A stretch of 64,000 bases of DNA, taken from positions 756-64,755 of the forward strand of contig JBDHXA010000001.1 of the NCBI GenBank assembly GCA_039810485.1, in the 5' to 3' direction. Made by a program: the position numbers and the translations under genes. Shown piece after piece: positions 38,864 through 48,068 of the stretch (positions are counted from its first letter, which is position 1; each line of letters opens with the position of its first letter). Below the pieces are notes generated by a model that saw only the letters and a list, made by a program, of their open reading frames with translations, had not been told where the DNA came from and did not search any database. The stretch is from Chlorobiota bacterium (GTDB lineage Bacteria; Bacteroidota; Ignavibacteria; Kapaibacteriales; UBA961).

Positions 38864-40153
38864 TTATTTTTTTTTGCGAATAATAATATCAACGCGACGC
38901 TGTTTGTAGCGCTCTGTACCGGCAAGTGTTTTGCCATGCAATTTCTGTTTGCCAAATGATTTAGCTGAAATTGTAATATGGCTGTTTTTCTTATGCAGCA
39001 ACTTCTCAATAGCATAAATTCTACGAAGGGCAAGCGCATTGTTCAGCTTGTCCGATCCCAAGTCGCAGGTATAGCCATTAAGAATAAATTCAGCATGAGC
39101 AACATCAGTATTTTGAAGAATTGTGGCAAGAGTGTCGGCATATTTATCGGCATTGTCAGAACCGAGTTCAAAATATGCTGAAAAATTCAGCAAAGTATCT
39201 TTGCTTGACTGAATTGCCGTTATAGGAATTACGGCAGGTTTATCTGGGCGTAATTCTTTGGGAAGGCAAACGAAATAAATGCCTTCGCGGAGGTGTTGAG
39301 CATCTGTGGAAATCAAGGCAATCGTATCGCCCGCTGCATTAAGCGCAAATGAGTGGTCGTTGCCCATTGTGTTGATTGGCGCGCCAAGATTGATAGGTTT
39401 ACTCCAATGCTGCCATGTGTCGTCAAGCCGTCGAGATACAAAAATGTCAAAACCGCCTAATCCTCCGTGACCATCGCTGGCGAAATAAAGCGATTTGCCG
39501 TCTGCCGCTAAAAATGGCGAATATTCATCGCCTTTGGTATTGACATCATCTCCGAGCGGCATCGGAGCTGTCCATGAAGAATCTTCCGGCTGACGAAAAG
39601 AAACGTAAAGGTCTAACCCGCCTCTTGTGTCGTTGCGTTCGATAGCAAAAAGCAATATGCGATTGTCCGCGCTTAGATTTCCGAAAAAATATCCGCTATT
39701 ATTATAATAATCATGAATTTTTAGGCCTATAGGTGTTGACCAGCCGGTTGGCGTTTGTCGAGAAATACCAAAACCGCTTCCGCCTTTTGCTAATTTACTG
39801 TTATAAACAAGTGCAAAATCTTCGTCTCGAGAAAGAGAAAAAAGAACATCAGAGCCGGTTGTATTTAATTCTTTCACATTTTCTGGCTCTCTCCAAGCGT
39901 CATTTGAAAGACGATAACTTACCCAGATTTCATCTGGATCTTGAAGTCCGCCGGTGTTTTTAATATAATTTTTCCTGTCGAAATACAGACGCTGACCATC
40001 GCTAGTCAGAATCGGCATTACAACAGGAGCAATGCGATTAATACTTTCTGGAAGGCGAACTTTGCAATGCGCAATGAGCGTGTCGCCTTGCGCTAAACAC
40101 AAGGTCATATTGCTTATAAACAAGACGAATATGACATTTGATAATCGTTGCAT
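38864..40153 (-). CDS. PD40 (TolB-like) beta-propeller / OmpA_C family protein
   Basis: Repeated PD40-type motifs (DEYSPFLAADGKSLYFASD, GGFDIFVS). C-terminal OmpA-like segment ending RRVDIII. Signal peptide from ATG 40153. Confidence 0.75.
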   Translation of the reverse strand: MQRLSNVIFVLFISNMTLCLAQGDTLIAHCKVRLPESINRIAPVVMPILTSDGQRLYFDRKNYIKNTGGLQDPDEIWVSYRLSNDAWREPENVKELNTTGSDVLFSLSRDEDFALVYNSKLAKGGSGFGISRQTPTGWSTPIGLKIHDYYNNSGYFFGNLSADNRILLFAIERNDTRGGLDLYVSFRQPEDSSWTAPMPLGDDVNTKGDEYSPFLAADGKSLYFASDGHGGLGGFDIFVSRRLDDTWQHWSKPINLGAPINTMGNDHSFALNAAGDTIALISTDAQHLREGIYFVCLPKELRPDKPAVIPITAIQSSKDTLLNFSAYFELGSDNADKYADTLATILQNTDVAHAEFILNGYTCDLGSDKLNNALALRRIYAIEKLLHKKNSHITISAKSFGKQKLHGKTLAGTERYKQRRVDIIIRKKK

Positions 40154-40176
40154 AGAAATTGGCGATGGAAAAATTT

Positions 40177-40905
40177 TTACAGCCATAAAGAAAGCGAAGA
40201 GAAGCCAAGCGGCTCGATGGCGCGAAAACCCTCAGCATAGCGCGTTCCGATTTTTGCACCGAAATATCTGGAGCGGGCATCTAGCATTTCCAAAAATTCA
40301 GGTTTAGATATAAAAGTGTCCGGTTCGTTTATCGGTGAATCCGGCACAAAAACTTGCGAACTAAATGCTTGTATTGCGGCAATTTTAGTTGCATGTGACA
40401 TGGTAATATCAATGTAGAAATCGCTGGTCGTTTCGTATGTCTGCATATATGAGAATAGATGCGCGGGACGAAAAGGTGTTTGAGTCATTCCGTTGTCAAA
40501 AGTCAAAAATTTAGTCAATCCACTTTGGAAAACTGATTTTCGCAGCAATCTATAAGCATCTTCGTGGTCAAGATGCCTATCGAATTCGGCGGGAATTAGA
40601 AGCATCTTGGGGCGATATTTTCTTATTATATGCACAACGGTTGTTATGTTTTCTGTTGAATTGGTTATATTACCATCTGGCAGACCAAGGTTGATGCGTT
40701 CAGCAACGCCAAGTATCTTTGCTGCATTTTCTGCTTCAATTGCACGAAGTTCGGGTGTGCCGCGCGATCCCATTTCACCGCGAGTAAGGTCGGCAATAAT
40801 TACCTTGTGACCAAGCGAAGCGAGTGAAGCAATGCTTCCTCCGCATGATAGTTCGACATCGTCGGGATGCGCTCCGAATGCTATAATATCAGCATAATGT
40901 GTCAT
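40177..40905 (-). CDS. bshB1: bacillithiol biosynthesis deacetylase BshB1-like (PIG-L family)
   Basis: AFGAHPDDVELSCGGSIA and DLTRGEMGSRGT motifs, typical of BshB1. Confidence 0.75.
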   Translation of the reverse strand: MTHYADIIAFGAHPDDVELSCGGSIASLASLGHKVIIADLTRGEMGSRGTPELRAIEAENAAKILGVAERINLGLPDGNITNSTENITTVVHIIRKYRPKMLLIPAEFDRHLDHEDAYRLLRKSVFQSGLTKFLTFDNGMTQTPFRPAHLFSYMQTYETTSDFYIDITMSHATKIAAIQAFSSQVFVPDSPINEPDTFISKPEFLEMLDARSRYFGAKIGTRYAEGFRAIEPLGFSSLSLWL

Positions 40906-41055
40906 CGAGATTTATAGGCAAATGTGAAATTATCAAACAAGACAATTATCTGAGTGCAACGAATGAAACTGACAATTAGTATTCATTCACAGCAGGTAGG
41001 GCAATTGCTTTTTTAGTAATTCATTGCAAACAAATGAGTAGAAAAATATTTTTTT

Positions 41056-41086
41056 CTTGCAAAAATAAAAAGTTGTTGTATTTTTG
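41056..41086 (+). promoter_or_regulatory. candidate promoter cTTG-N19-TATTTTTG for the RRM protein gene
   Basis: Exact TAnnTTTG at 41079-41086 with TTG 19 nt upstream. This leaves a ~95-nt leader before ATG 41187. Confidence 0.5.
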
Positions 41087-41186
41087 CAGCGTGACATTGT
41101 AAGGCGGATGTCGGGATGCCGACGTTTTCAGGTAATTAAGTGTTTATTACGTTGGTTGTTATTATACGCCTTGAAAGGTTTATTGT

Positions 41187-41516
41187 ATGAATATCTATGT
41201 AGGTAATTTACCCTACACCATGAGCGACGAAGAGCTTCGCGCAATTTTTGAATCTTATGGATCTGTTACGGGCAGTTCTGTTATTATTGACCGCGTTACC
41301 AATAGATCACGTGGATTCGGATTTGTTGAAATGTCCGACGACGATGAAGCACGCAAGGCAATTGAAGAAACCAATGGTGCCGATTATAAAGGCCGCACTC
41401 TTGTAGTAAATGAAGCGCGCCCGAGAGAAGAACGCCCGCGTAATGGCGGCGGCTTCCGTCAGTCCTACAATAATGGCGGCGGTGATCGTGGCGGCAGACG
41501 TCAGCCCAGGTATTAA
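41187..41516 (+). CDS. RRM-type RNA-binding protein with Gly/Arg-rich tail
   Basis: RNP2 IYVGNL and RNP1 RGFGFVEM motifs. C-terminal GGGFRQSYNNGGGDRGGRR. Confidence 0.9.
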   Translation: MNIYVGNLPYTMSDEELRAIFESYGSVTGSSVIIDRVTNRSRGFGFVEMSDDDEARKAIEETNGADYKGRTLVVNEARPREERPRNGGGFRQSYNNGGGDRGGRRQPRY

Positions 41517-41562
41517 TAAATAGATTGCAAAATTACTACTTAGTATTATTGCATCTTTGGAT

Positions 41563-41594
41563 AAAAGCCCTGTTTTATTAAAAACAGGGCTTTT
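41563..41594 (+). terminator. intrinsic terminator after the RRM gene
   Basis: Perfect 14-bp stem aaaagccctgtttt/aaaacagggctttt with a 4-nt loop and a T-rich 3' arm. Confidence 0.8.
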
Positions 41595-41614
41595 CTATTG
41601 TTCGATTATCATAA

Positions 41615-41649
41615 TTTGCCTAATAATTAGATTATTATCCTTATATTTG
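41615..41649 (+). promoter_or_regulatory. candidate promoter TTTG-N23-TATATTTG for rpsD
   Basis: Exact TAnnTTTG at 41642-41649. The TTTG at 41615-41618 gives a longer than usual spacer. Confidence 0.4.
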
Positions 41650-41715
41650 CGCTCTTGTACCGGCAAACGTAATTATTCTTGCCGAAATGTTGCACTTTAT
41701 TTAGTAGCGTAGTAC

Positions 41716-42318
41716 ATGAACTACACAGGACCAAAAGTCAAACTCTCCAGAAAATTAGGGTTTGCACTTACGCCAAAAGCGCGTAAGTACATGGACAAAA
41801 AGCCCCATCCGCCGGGACAGCATGGCGGAGCAAAAAAGCGTGGGAAGCTCTCCGTTTACGGGCAACAATTATTGGAAAAGCAGCGTTTGCGTCTGCAATA
41901 CAATATTCATGAGCGCCAAATGAGCAATTATTTTGCCAAAGCGGCAAGTATGCCCGGCAATACAGGGGATATTCTTGCGCAAATGTTAGAATCAAGGCTC
42001 GATGCAGTGATATTCCGCTCTGGATTAGCTCGCTCGATGCCCGCAGCTCGACAATATGTGTCGCATGGTCATATTTTGGTAAATGGCCTGCCGGTTAATA
42101 TACCATCGTATGCAGTACAGCCGAATGATACTGTCTCGGTAAAGCCAAAGAGTCGTAAAATTGAGTGCTTCCAAGAAGCAATTCGCAACTCAGTCGCTTT
42201 GCCGTATCTGGAGCTTTCCAAAGCTGACTTTTCAGTAAAATTGCTGTATTTGCCGCAGCGCGAAGAAATTCCGATTGTATGCGAAGTCCCGCTAGTTGTC
42301 GAATACTACTCGCGATAA
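41716..42318 (+). CDS. rpsD: 30S ribosomal protein S4
   Basis: 200 aa. N-terminus YTGPKVKLSRKLG, and an S4 RNA-binding domain (RLDAVIFRSGLARS...ARQ.V.HGHI.VNG). Confidence 0.95.
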   Translation: MNYTGPKVKLSRKLGFALTPKARKYMDKKPHPPGQHGGAKKRGKLSVYGQQLLEKQRLRLQYNIHERQMSNYFAKAASMPGNTGDILAQMLESRLDAVIFRSGLARSMPAARQYVSHGHILVNGLPVNIPSYAVQPNDTVSVKPKSRKIECFQEAIRNSVALPYLELSKADFSVKLLYLPQREEIPIVCEVPLVVEYYSR

Positions 42319-42342
42319 AAGCTTCGCTTGTCAATATAAAAA

Positions 42343-42370
42343 AAGCGTCTTGCCGTTTGGAAAGACGCTT
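42343..42370. terminator. bidirectional intrinsic terminator between rpsD and the convergent gene
   Basis: Stem aagcgtctt/aagacgctt flanked by an A run upstream and a T run downstream, so each strand reads hairpin then U tract. Confidence 0.75.
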
Positions 42371-42374
42371 TTTT

Positions 42375-42974
42375 TTATTCTATGACAGCAACAATCAGCA
42401 TTGCAACATCTCCAAGCCATCGGGCTGCTGTGGAATCGGTTGGAAAAATTAGGGAAACCGGCTGCCGTAAAAAGAAAGCAACGTTTTTCACATCAGGTAT
42501 TTGCAGCTTAATCTTTTCCTGAACTGCACGTTCAAGATAGGCATCTATTTCTTTGACGTTAACTCTGCCAGTTTGCCGAGGAGCATCGCTGATATGAGCT
42601 GTATCTCCAAGTTCGCCCGTTACTTTTCTATAAACCAATATGGGTGGTATTTTTGAAACCTCTGGCAATAATTCAGGTAGCGAAAAAACTAACTGCTGAC
42701 CATAGTTGTTTTTTGCAATAATAACTGTTTTAGAGCGATTGTCCGGTGTAATGGCATTGATAAGATTTTTAAGGCAAGACATTACGTCAGCCCCGCGAAA
42801 CTTGCCGGCGCTTTGGTTCTTGCTCGAAAGAATTTCCACTGTCCTGACGGTTGCGTCAAGTTCAACAACTGTCGGCTGAATATCCAATATACCAATTTGC
42901 TTTATGGTTTGCGCGAAAGAATAGCAATTGCAAAGCATAAAGAGTAGAAGCAATCCGTATCGGCGAGTATTCAT
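42375..42974 (-). CDS. hypothetical secreted protein
   Basis: Signal peptide MNTRRYGLLLLFMLCNCYSFAQ. No family recognised. Confidence 0.45.
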   Translation of the reverse strand: MNTRRYGLLLLFMLCNCYSFAQTIKQIGILDIQPTVVELDATVRTVEILSSKNQSAGKFRGADVMSCLKNLINAITPDNRSKTVIIAKNNYGQQLVFSLPELLPEVSKIPPILVYRKVTGELGDTAHISDAPRQTGRVNVKEIDAYLERAVQEKIKLQIPDVKNVAFFLRQPVSLIFPTDSTAARWLGDVAMLIVAVIE

Positions 42975-42990
42975 TCAGAAGTAAAGAAAA

Positions 42991-45011
42991 TTAATGAGTG
43001 ATAAAAACCGGCCATCGCTCGCGGCCTTCGAGAACATAGAAGCCGGATTGCAATTCCGAGGTTTCCGCTGTAATCTCCATTTGAGATGCGTTCGCGCGAA
43101 CAATAGCTTTTCTCTCGTTTCCATAAGAATCAAAGAATGTAATGCTTTGCATTTCGTTGGAAACAGAGAACCGCAGTGCGTCAGCAGCAGGATTTGGAAA
43201 TGGCTTCGTCAGCAGCAGCGTCGAGATAATTTCTCCTTTTATTCCGATATTGCATTTCTCTTTGCCGCTAATGCTGTCTGGAATACCCGAAAGCCTCAAT
43301 GGCTGCGATTGAAGAACGCACGGAGTTTCATCAATAAATAAGGTGTTTCGGAAACCGCCTATAAAATGCGGCGCAAAATATGCTTTTACAGATAAAGTCG
43401 ACTTCGGCGGGATGATGGCAGAATATCCGCCGCCGAATAAAGAAATTTCGATATTTCTACCCATAAATAGTTTTGACACAAACACCGTTTCAGCGCATTG
43501 ATTTGTCAGAAGCACATCGGCGCAGGAAGATTGACCGACGACAACCGAGTTATGGAAATTTGGGAGAAGCACAGAAGAAACTGACAACGCAGACGCTCTG
43601 TTAAGAACGTCTGATTTTTCAGAAGTAAGACCTGCGGCATTGGTTACAATAATTCTGAACTTGCCTGCTTTTGACTGGTCTTGCAAAGTAACTATTACTG
43701 TTGTATGTGAAGAAGGCAGATTAGGCGATATGCGCATATCTACATTATTGCTTTGGGCATTATCAATTTTAACATCGGTTATTGCGTCAGAATCGTCCGT
43801 CTCGAAAGTAAAGGAAGAGCAATCACTTCTGCCATCGCTTAATGAAGGCTGTTCGGAAATAATATCCTGTTCAAGAATTTCTACTGCAGGTGTAAATCCA
43901 TTGTTATCGGTGTAGCCGGCTATAACAACAATTTTAACTGCAAATAGTTTGCCATTTCTGTAAATAGGAATGGAATGCGATGTTGAATAACTATGCGAAT
44001 GGTTCATATTTGGATCAAGTGACGTTATTCCTGTTTTGAGCTTAATCCATTCAGTAGATGATAATGTATTGTAGCCAAATAGCTTGCCGCTAAATCCGCC
44101 TACAGCTATCAAAGTTGAAGAATCCCATTGTCCCAGAAAAGATTTATGCCTATCAGTCTGCATAAGTCCAATCAAGCGAAATGTATTATTTTCTTTTATT
44201 GCAACATTGTGAAGCCAATCAACATGGCGATATTTTTCATTGTTGCCACCGCAACTAACAATATTTCCACTCCATAATTTTATTGTGGCCGGTTTTTCGG
44301 AGGGGATAGTCATAATTCCTACCTGCTTCCAAGTATCACTTGGCACATCATAGTGATATACTGCATCTGATTGATTGCTGTTAGTACCGCCCTCACGGCC
44401 GCCGAAAACAATAAGTATATTTTCTGAGGAATACTCAGACACTAGATCATTGCATATAATAGGATAATTGGCAATTGGTCTTAATTTCTGTGTTTCAATA
44501 CTAAATATTTCTGCATTGCTAATTGATTCTATATTTACATTGCGACCGCCGACAACAAGAAATTCTTTGTCTGATATCCAAATCGCGGTAATTTGTCGCC
44601 TTGGAAAAATTAATGCGTCATAGAATGTCCACGTATTGTCTTTAATATTGTATGCTTCGATTTTTTGGGTAGCGTCATTATTATTAAATACTCCGCCAAT
44701 CGCCAAAACTAATGAATCACCAAAACTAATGAATTGCCAATTAATAAAGAAGCAAATTCCGAGCGTGGGGACGATATTAGCATAACAATGGTAATTGTAT
44801 TGTTAGCAAAGTTAATTAATTCGGTGGATGCTGTAAATCCAGATGTATTAGTTTTTCCAAAAACTCATATTTTATTGTCACCTATGTAAACTGACTGATG
44901 GTAAGAACGCAAATTACGCAAATTGCCAATGGTGCGCCATTGAGGATTACTAAGCATTGATATAAAATCCATCAATAATAACAGCACAAATAAACTGGAT
45001 AATTGCTTAAT
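42991..45011 (-). pseudogene. Kelch-repeat protein with T9SS C-terminal tail, disrupted by a frameshift and a nonsense codon
   Basis: The downstream 571-aa ORF has Kelch motifs and a KPFPNPAADALRFSV...GFYVL tail but no signal peptide. Upstream, in another frame, lie a signal-like segment and Kelch motifs (MLSNPQWRTIGNLRNLRSYHQSVYIGDNKI*VFGK...SPRSEFASLLIGNSLVL). The two parts are separated by a 17-bp tandem duplication (44701-44734), and there is an in-frame TGA at 44865-44867. Confidence 0.65.
44701..44734. repeat. 17-bp tandem duplication (cgccaaaactaatgaat / caccaaaactaatgaat)
   Basis: Read directly from the sequence, with one mismatch between the units. Removing one unit joins ...IGNSLVL to AIGGVFNNND in frame. 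Confidence 0.85.
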
Positions 45012-45032
45012 ATGTATATATTTCTATTGATT

Positions 45033-45800
45033 TTAATTATTCTTGTTAGCTTTGAGTAAATATAAACGCATTCTGAGTTGAGGAAATTTTAAAGTTGCTC
45101 GCTTTAGAAAAAAACTATTGAATATTTTGGGTAGGAATGTACTTTGTAAAAGTAACTTTATTAGATAAATTTTTGAATAACGATAAATTTTTCTCTCAAT
45201 ATATTCTCCAAATTGAGCAATAAAGACATCATATTCCGATGCTAAATAAAATACTGATCTAAAATCATTAGCTAGTAGATCAGAATTAATATAATCTGGG
45301 TGATTACCTTCGGTTTGGATGTTACAAGAAAAATAAAATAAAGTGTTGGAATAACCCATTTTATTGACAGTGTTAAATATTTGTCTGCGTTCTGAACTGT
45401 CAAGATATGAAAGAAATTGAAATCCGAGTATTATATGATATGAATTACTGCAAATTAATGCTAAATCTTCTGTAACAACCTGATAATGTACTTTGGTATG
45501 CTTGTGTAATTTATATGCTTTTTCAATTGCCTTTTCTGCAATATCAACTGCGGTGTATTCAATATTCACAAAATATTGCGATAAAGCAAAATATATTTTT
45601 TCGGTTAATATTCCAGAGCCGCAACCGATATCAAGAATAGAAATTGACGAAGATCGGTCAAATTGCTTCTTCATATCTTCCATGATATGAGCAATACATA
45701 GGTCATGCCAGAGAGCCAACGACCCTCGCCAATCCGAGCTCCATTGGTCTACTTCATAAGTTTCGTAATCGCGATTTATTTGAGCAAGATCACGTTGCAT
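45033..45800 (-). CDS. class I SAM-dependent methyltransferase
   Basis: Motif I ILDIGCGSGILT. Visibly more AT-rich than the flanking genes. Confidence 0.7.
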   Translation of the reverse strand: MQRDLAQINRDYETYEVDQWSSDWRGSLALWHDLCIAHIMEDMKKQFDRSSSISILDIGCGSGILTEKIYFALSQYFVNIEYTAVDIAEKAIEKAYKLHKHTKVHYQVVTEDLALICSNSYHIILGFQFLSYLDSSERRQIFNTVNKMGYSNTLFYFSCNIQTEGNHPDYINSDLLANDFRSVFYLASEYDVFIAQFGEYIERKIYRYSKIYLIKLLLQSTFLPKIFNSFFLKRATLKFPQLRMRLYLLKANKNN

Positions 45801-45813
45801 AGTTATTTTGATT

Positions 45814-48048
45814 TTATAGGTAATTTTTTAGTTTATGCATCCATTCTCTTGGATATTTTTTCTTGTACGTATTTGCGTATGCTTTTGTGGTTGCATACCA
45901 TTCATAACGCCGCTCATGCCAGCGTTTATCCGGTACGAAGTTTTGAGAAGCAAGGAACTCGTCAGCTAATATCGGTCTTTGTATAAGAACATCAAGGGAA
46001 TATGGATAAACTATTCCAACAGTGGCATCAAGCACATATTGAGCATTGTCCCCATACACTTCAACGACTGTATGTGTGTCGAGGCCTTGCGATCCGCGGC
46101 CAAATGGCAAATTACGAAGAAAAAATGTGGCAATGCGTGAAGCAAATCCTTCTTGATGCAAAATATATTGTGCAGATCGGGAATAGGAGCCGCACCATCC
46201 ATAACCGTCTTTTAAAATTTGCAAGCCGCTCGAAGAAAAATTATCTTTTTTGGGAGAAATTATTCTATAACAAAATGATGCTATTTGTTGCAAACGAAGC
46301 AATTCATTATATGATTTCCACGCAGTAATATATGTAGAAACATGATTAGATGGAAGATAAGGGCGCTCGCCCCATCGTTTTACTGCGTTTACTTCCTCGA
46401 TGTAAATATTTAAGAATCCTATCTTTTCAAGCCGTGCGTAAATTTCGTCGCTGTCCATGCGCCAGTTATGATTTGGCGTTATATAATCGGGGTTTCGGGC
46501 ATCTGGAGGCACGCACATAGCTAAAACTCCACCTGGCTTTAGTGCTCGAAAACATTCTTCCAGAACACGATGCGGCGAATAACTATGCTCGATAGTATTA
46601 TCAGCATAAATTGCGTCAAAATAATGATCTTCAAACGGCAAATGATGAAAATCACACTTTATTGCTTCTACGCCATACACATTTCTTGCTTTTTCGAGAA
46701 ATGCGTCGCCAAAATCAAGCCCAACCACGCGCTTTGGAGCGACAAGCCGCTCTTTAATGGCTTTTGTCCAGTAACCTGACCCGCAGCCAAGATCTAAAAC
46801 ATATTCGCTTGTTACTGGGATTTTCTGCTGTAGATAGCCGGATATTTTTTCATTTCGTTCTTCGCCGATAATTGCTTTGTATTCAACTGCCACCTGAAAG
46901 TCCAAATCTTCCTGATGAGCAGACTCTGTTGATAATTCTTCCGTTAATGTGTGAATATGAGAAATAGTAGAAAATTGAATATTTTCTCTGCGAGAGATCG
47001 TTGAAAGCGTCATGTCAAAGGCTTTAAAATCTATTTTCCCTTTGCTATGCCCTATCATGACATATACGCGATCGCGCAGCATATCCTTGTGAGTTTTGGG
47101 TAGAAGCCATGGTATTATACGGGCAATTGGAGCAAATTTCCGACCGCCATGATAACCAACTTTTACAAAAAAATTATGAAGAATAGGAGTTTTTGTAGAA
47201 AATAAAAGCTTAAATTTTTCAGCGCGAGAAACGGCGTTGAGCAATTCAAATTGCCTGATCATGGATGAATAATCTGCATCGTCAAAAAACCAGCGTTTTA
47301 CTTTCTTTTTAAAAAATGGCAAAGGAATATTAAATATTCGTGGAAATTGCCGCACTGTTGAGACGGGTATTTCCAAAAAATTGCGTTCTGCGGGCGGAGC
47401 GAAATAGTTAACATTGTAAGAAGAAGCGTAATAGGGCTGAGCAGACCAAGCCATGCGGAAATCATTACCCCTATCCGGTTGGAATCCGCCTTTCCAAACC
47501 GATGAGTCGGCAGTAATTCCAATTTCTAGCAAAGAATCCACAATTTGTTTGCTCGGCTGAATTTGATAGGCACCTGCGCGAAAAGTCGTAACTCGGTAAT
47601 CTGGTTTGACTGGACGAAGCATGTTTTCCATATCGCTTTTGCATCGTCGAAGCAGTTCTGTTAGATTTCCAGGATAATCATGTAATTTCTGATATGTATT
47701 ATCCCAAAACCAAGAATTTGAGGCCTCGTCGTAAGATGCGCCGGTTTCAGGCAGCCAGCTTACATGCAGGTGCAGTTGCACGTCATGCCCATCGCGTATA
47801 GCATCGCGAAGCTGCTCTTCTATTTCTGATGCAATAGCAGGTCGGTGTTTTTGCAGCCAATAATATTCGCCAATTTCAAAGAAAATAGTAAGTTTTGCGT
47901 TATAGCGATTGCAGATTGCAAGCAATTGTGCTGTTGGACTTATAACAGTTTCTTGCCAGTCAATTCGCTTATCGGCAGGAATATGAGGGTGCCACGTTTC
48001 GTAATCGAGAGTAATGACAATATGGCTCTTTGCCGGTGTTTCCGTCAT
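45814..48048 (-). CDS. three-domain fusion: deacetylase-like N-domain, SAM methyltransferase, transglutaminase-like C-domain
   Basis: N-terminus ITLDYETW...HDVQLHLH (polysaccharide-deacetylase-like, weak). VLDLGCGSGYW encoded at 46768-46800, with a Methyltransf_11-like core. GYGWCGSYS (Cys codon 46192-46194) ...DTHTVVEVY...LDAT gives a Cys-His-Asp transglutaminase-like triad. Confidence 0.65.
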   Translation of the reverse strand: MTETPAKSHIVITLDYETWHPHIPADKRIDWQETVISPTAQLLAICNRYNAKLTIFFEIGEYYWLQKHRPAIASEIEEQLRDAIRDGHDVQLHLHVSWLPETGASYDEASNSWFWDNTYQKLHDYPGNLTELLRRCKSDMENMLRPVKPDYRVTTFRAGAYQIQPSKQIVDSLLEIGITADSSVWKGGFQPDRGNDFRMAWSAQPYYASSYNVNYFAPPAERNFLEIPVSTVRQFPRIFNIPLPFFKKKVKRWFFDDADYSSMIRQFELLNAVSRAEKFKLLFSTKTPILHNFFVKVGYHGGRKFAPIARIIPWLLPKTHKDMLRDRVYVMIGHSKGKIDFKAFDMTLSTISRRENIQFSTISHIHTLTEELSTESAHQEDLDFQVAVEYKAIIGEERNEKISGYLQQKIPVTSEYVLDLGCGSGYWTKAIKERLVAPKRVVGLDFGDAFLEKARNVYGVEAIKCDFHHLPFEDHYFDAIYADNTIEHSYSPHRVLEECFRALKPGGVLAMCVPPDARNPDYITPNHNWRMDSDEIYARLEKIGFLNIYIEEVNAVKRWGERPYLPSNHVSTYITAWKSYNELLRLQQIASFCYRIISPKKDNFSSSGLQILKDGYGWCGSYSRSAQYILHQEGFASRIATFFLRNLPFGRGSQGLDTHTVVEVYGDNAQYVLDATVGIVYPYSLDVLIQRPILADEFLASQNFVPDKRWHERRYEWYATTKAYANTYKKKYPREWMHKLKNYL

Positions 48049-48068
48049 ACATTATTTTGCTTTATACA

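Noticed and set aside
38743-39039. 98-aa minus-strand ORF bridging the A2M upstream region and the end of the PD40/OmpA gene
   Set aside because: It overlaps the better-supported OmpA_C-encoding frame. The A2M start at 38674 gives a proper lipoprotein signal, which makes the upstream extension unnecessary.
44865-44867. In-frame TGA in the Kelch gene as possible stop-codon reassignment or selenocysteine
   Set aside because: Other genes in the window terminate at TGA (for example kinase copies 1 and 2), so the code appears standard. I saw no SECIS-like hairpin, and the same gene also carries a frameshifting duplication, so pseudogenisation is the simpler reading.
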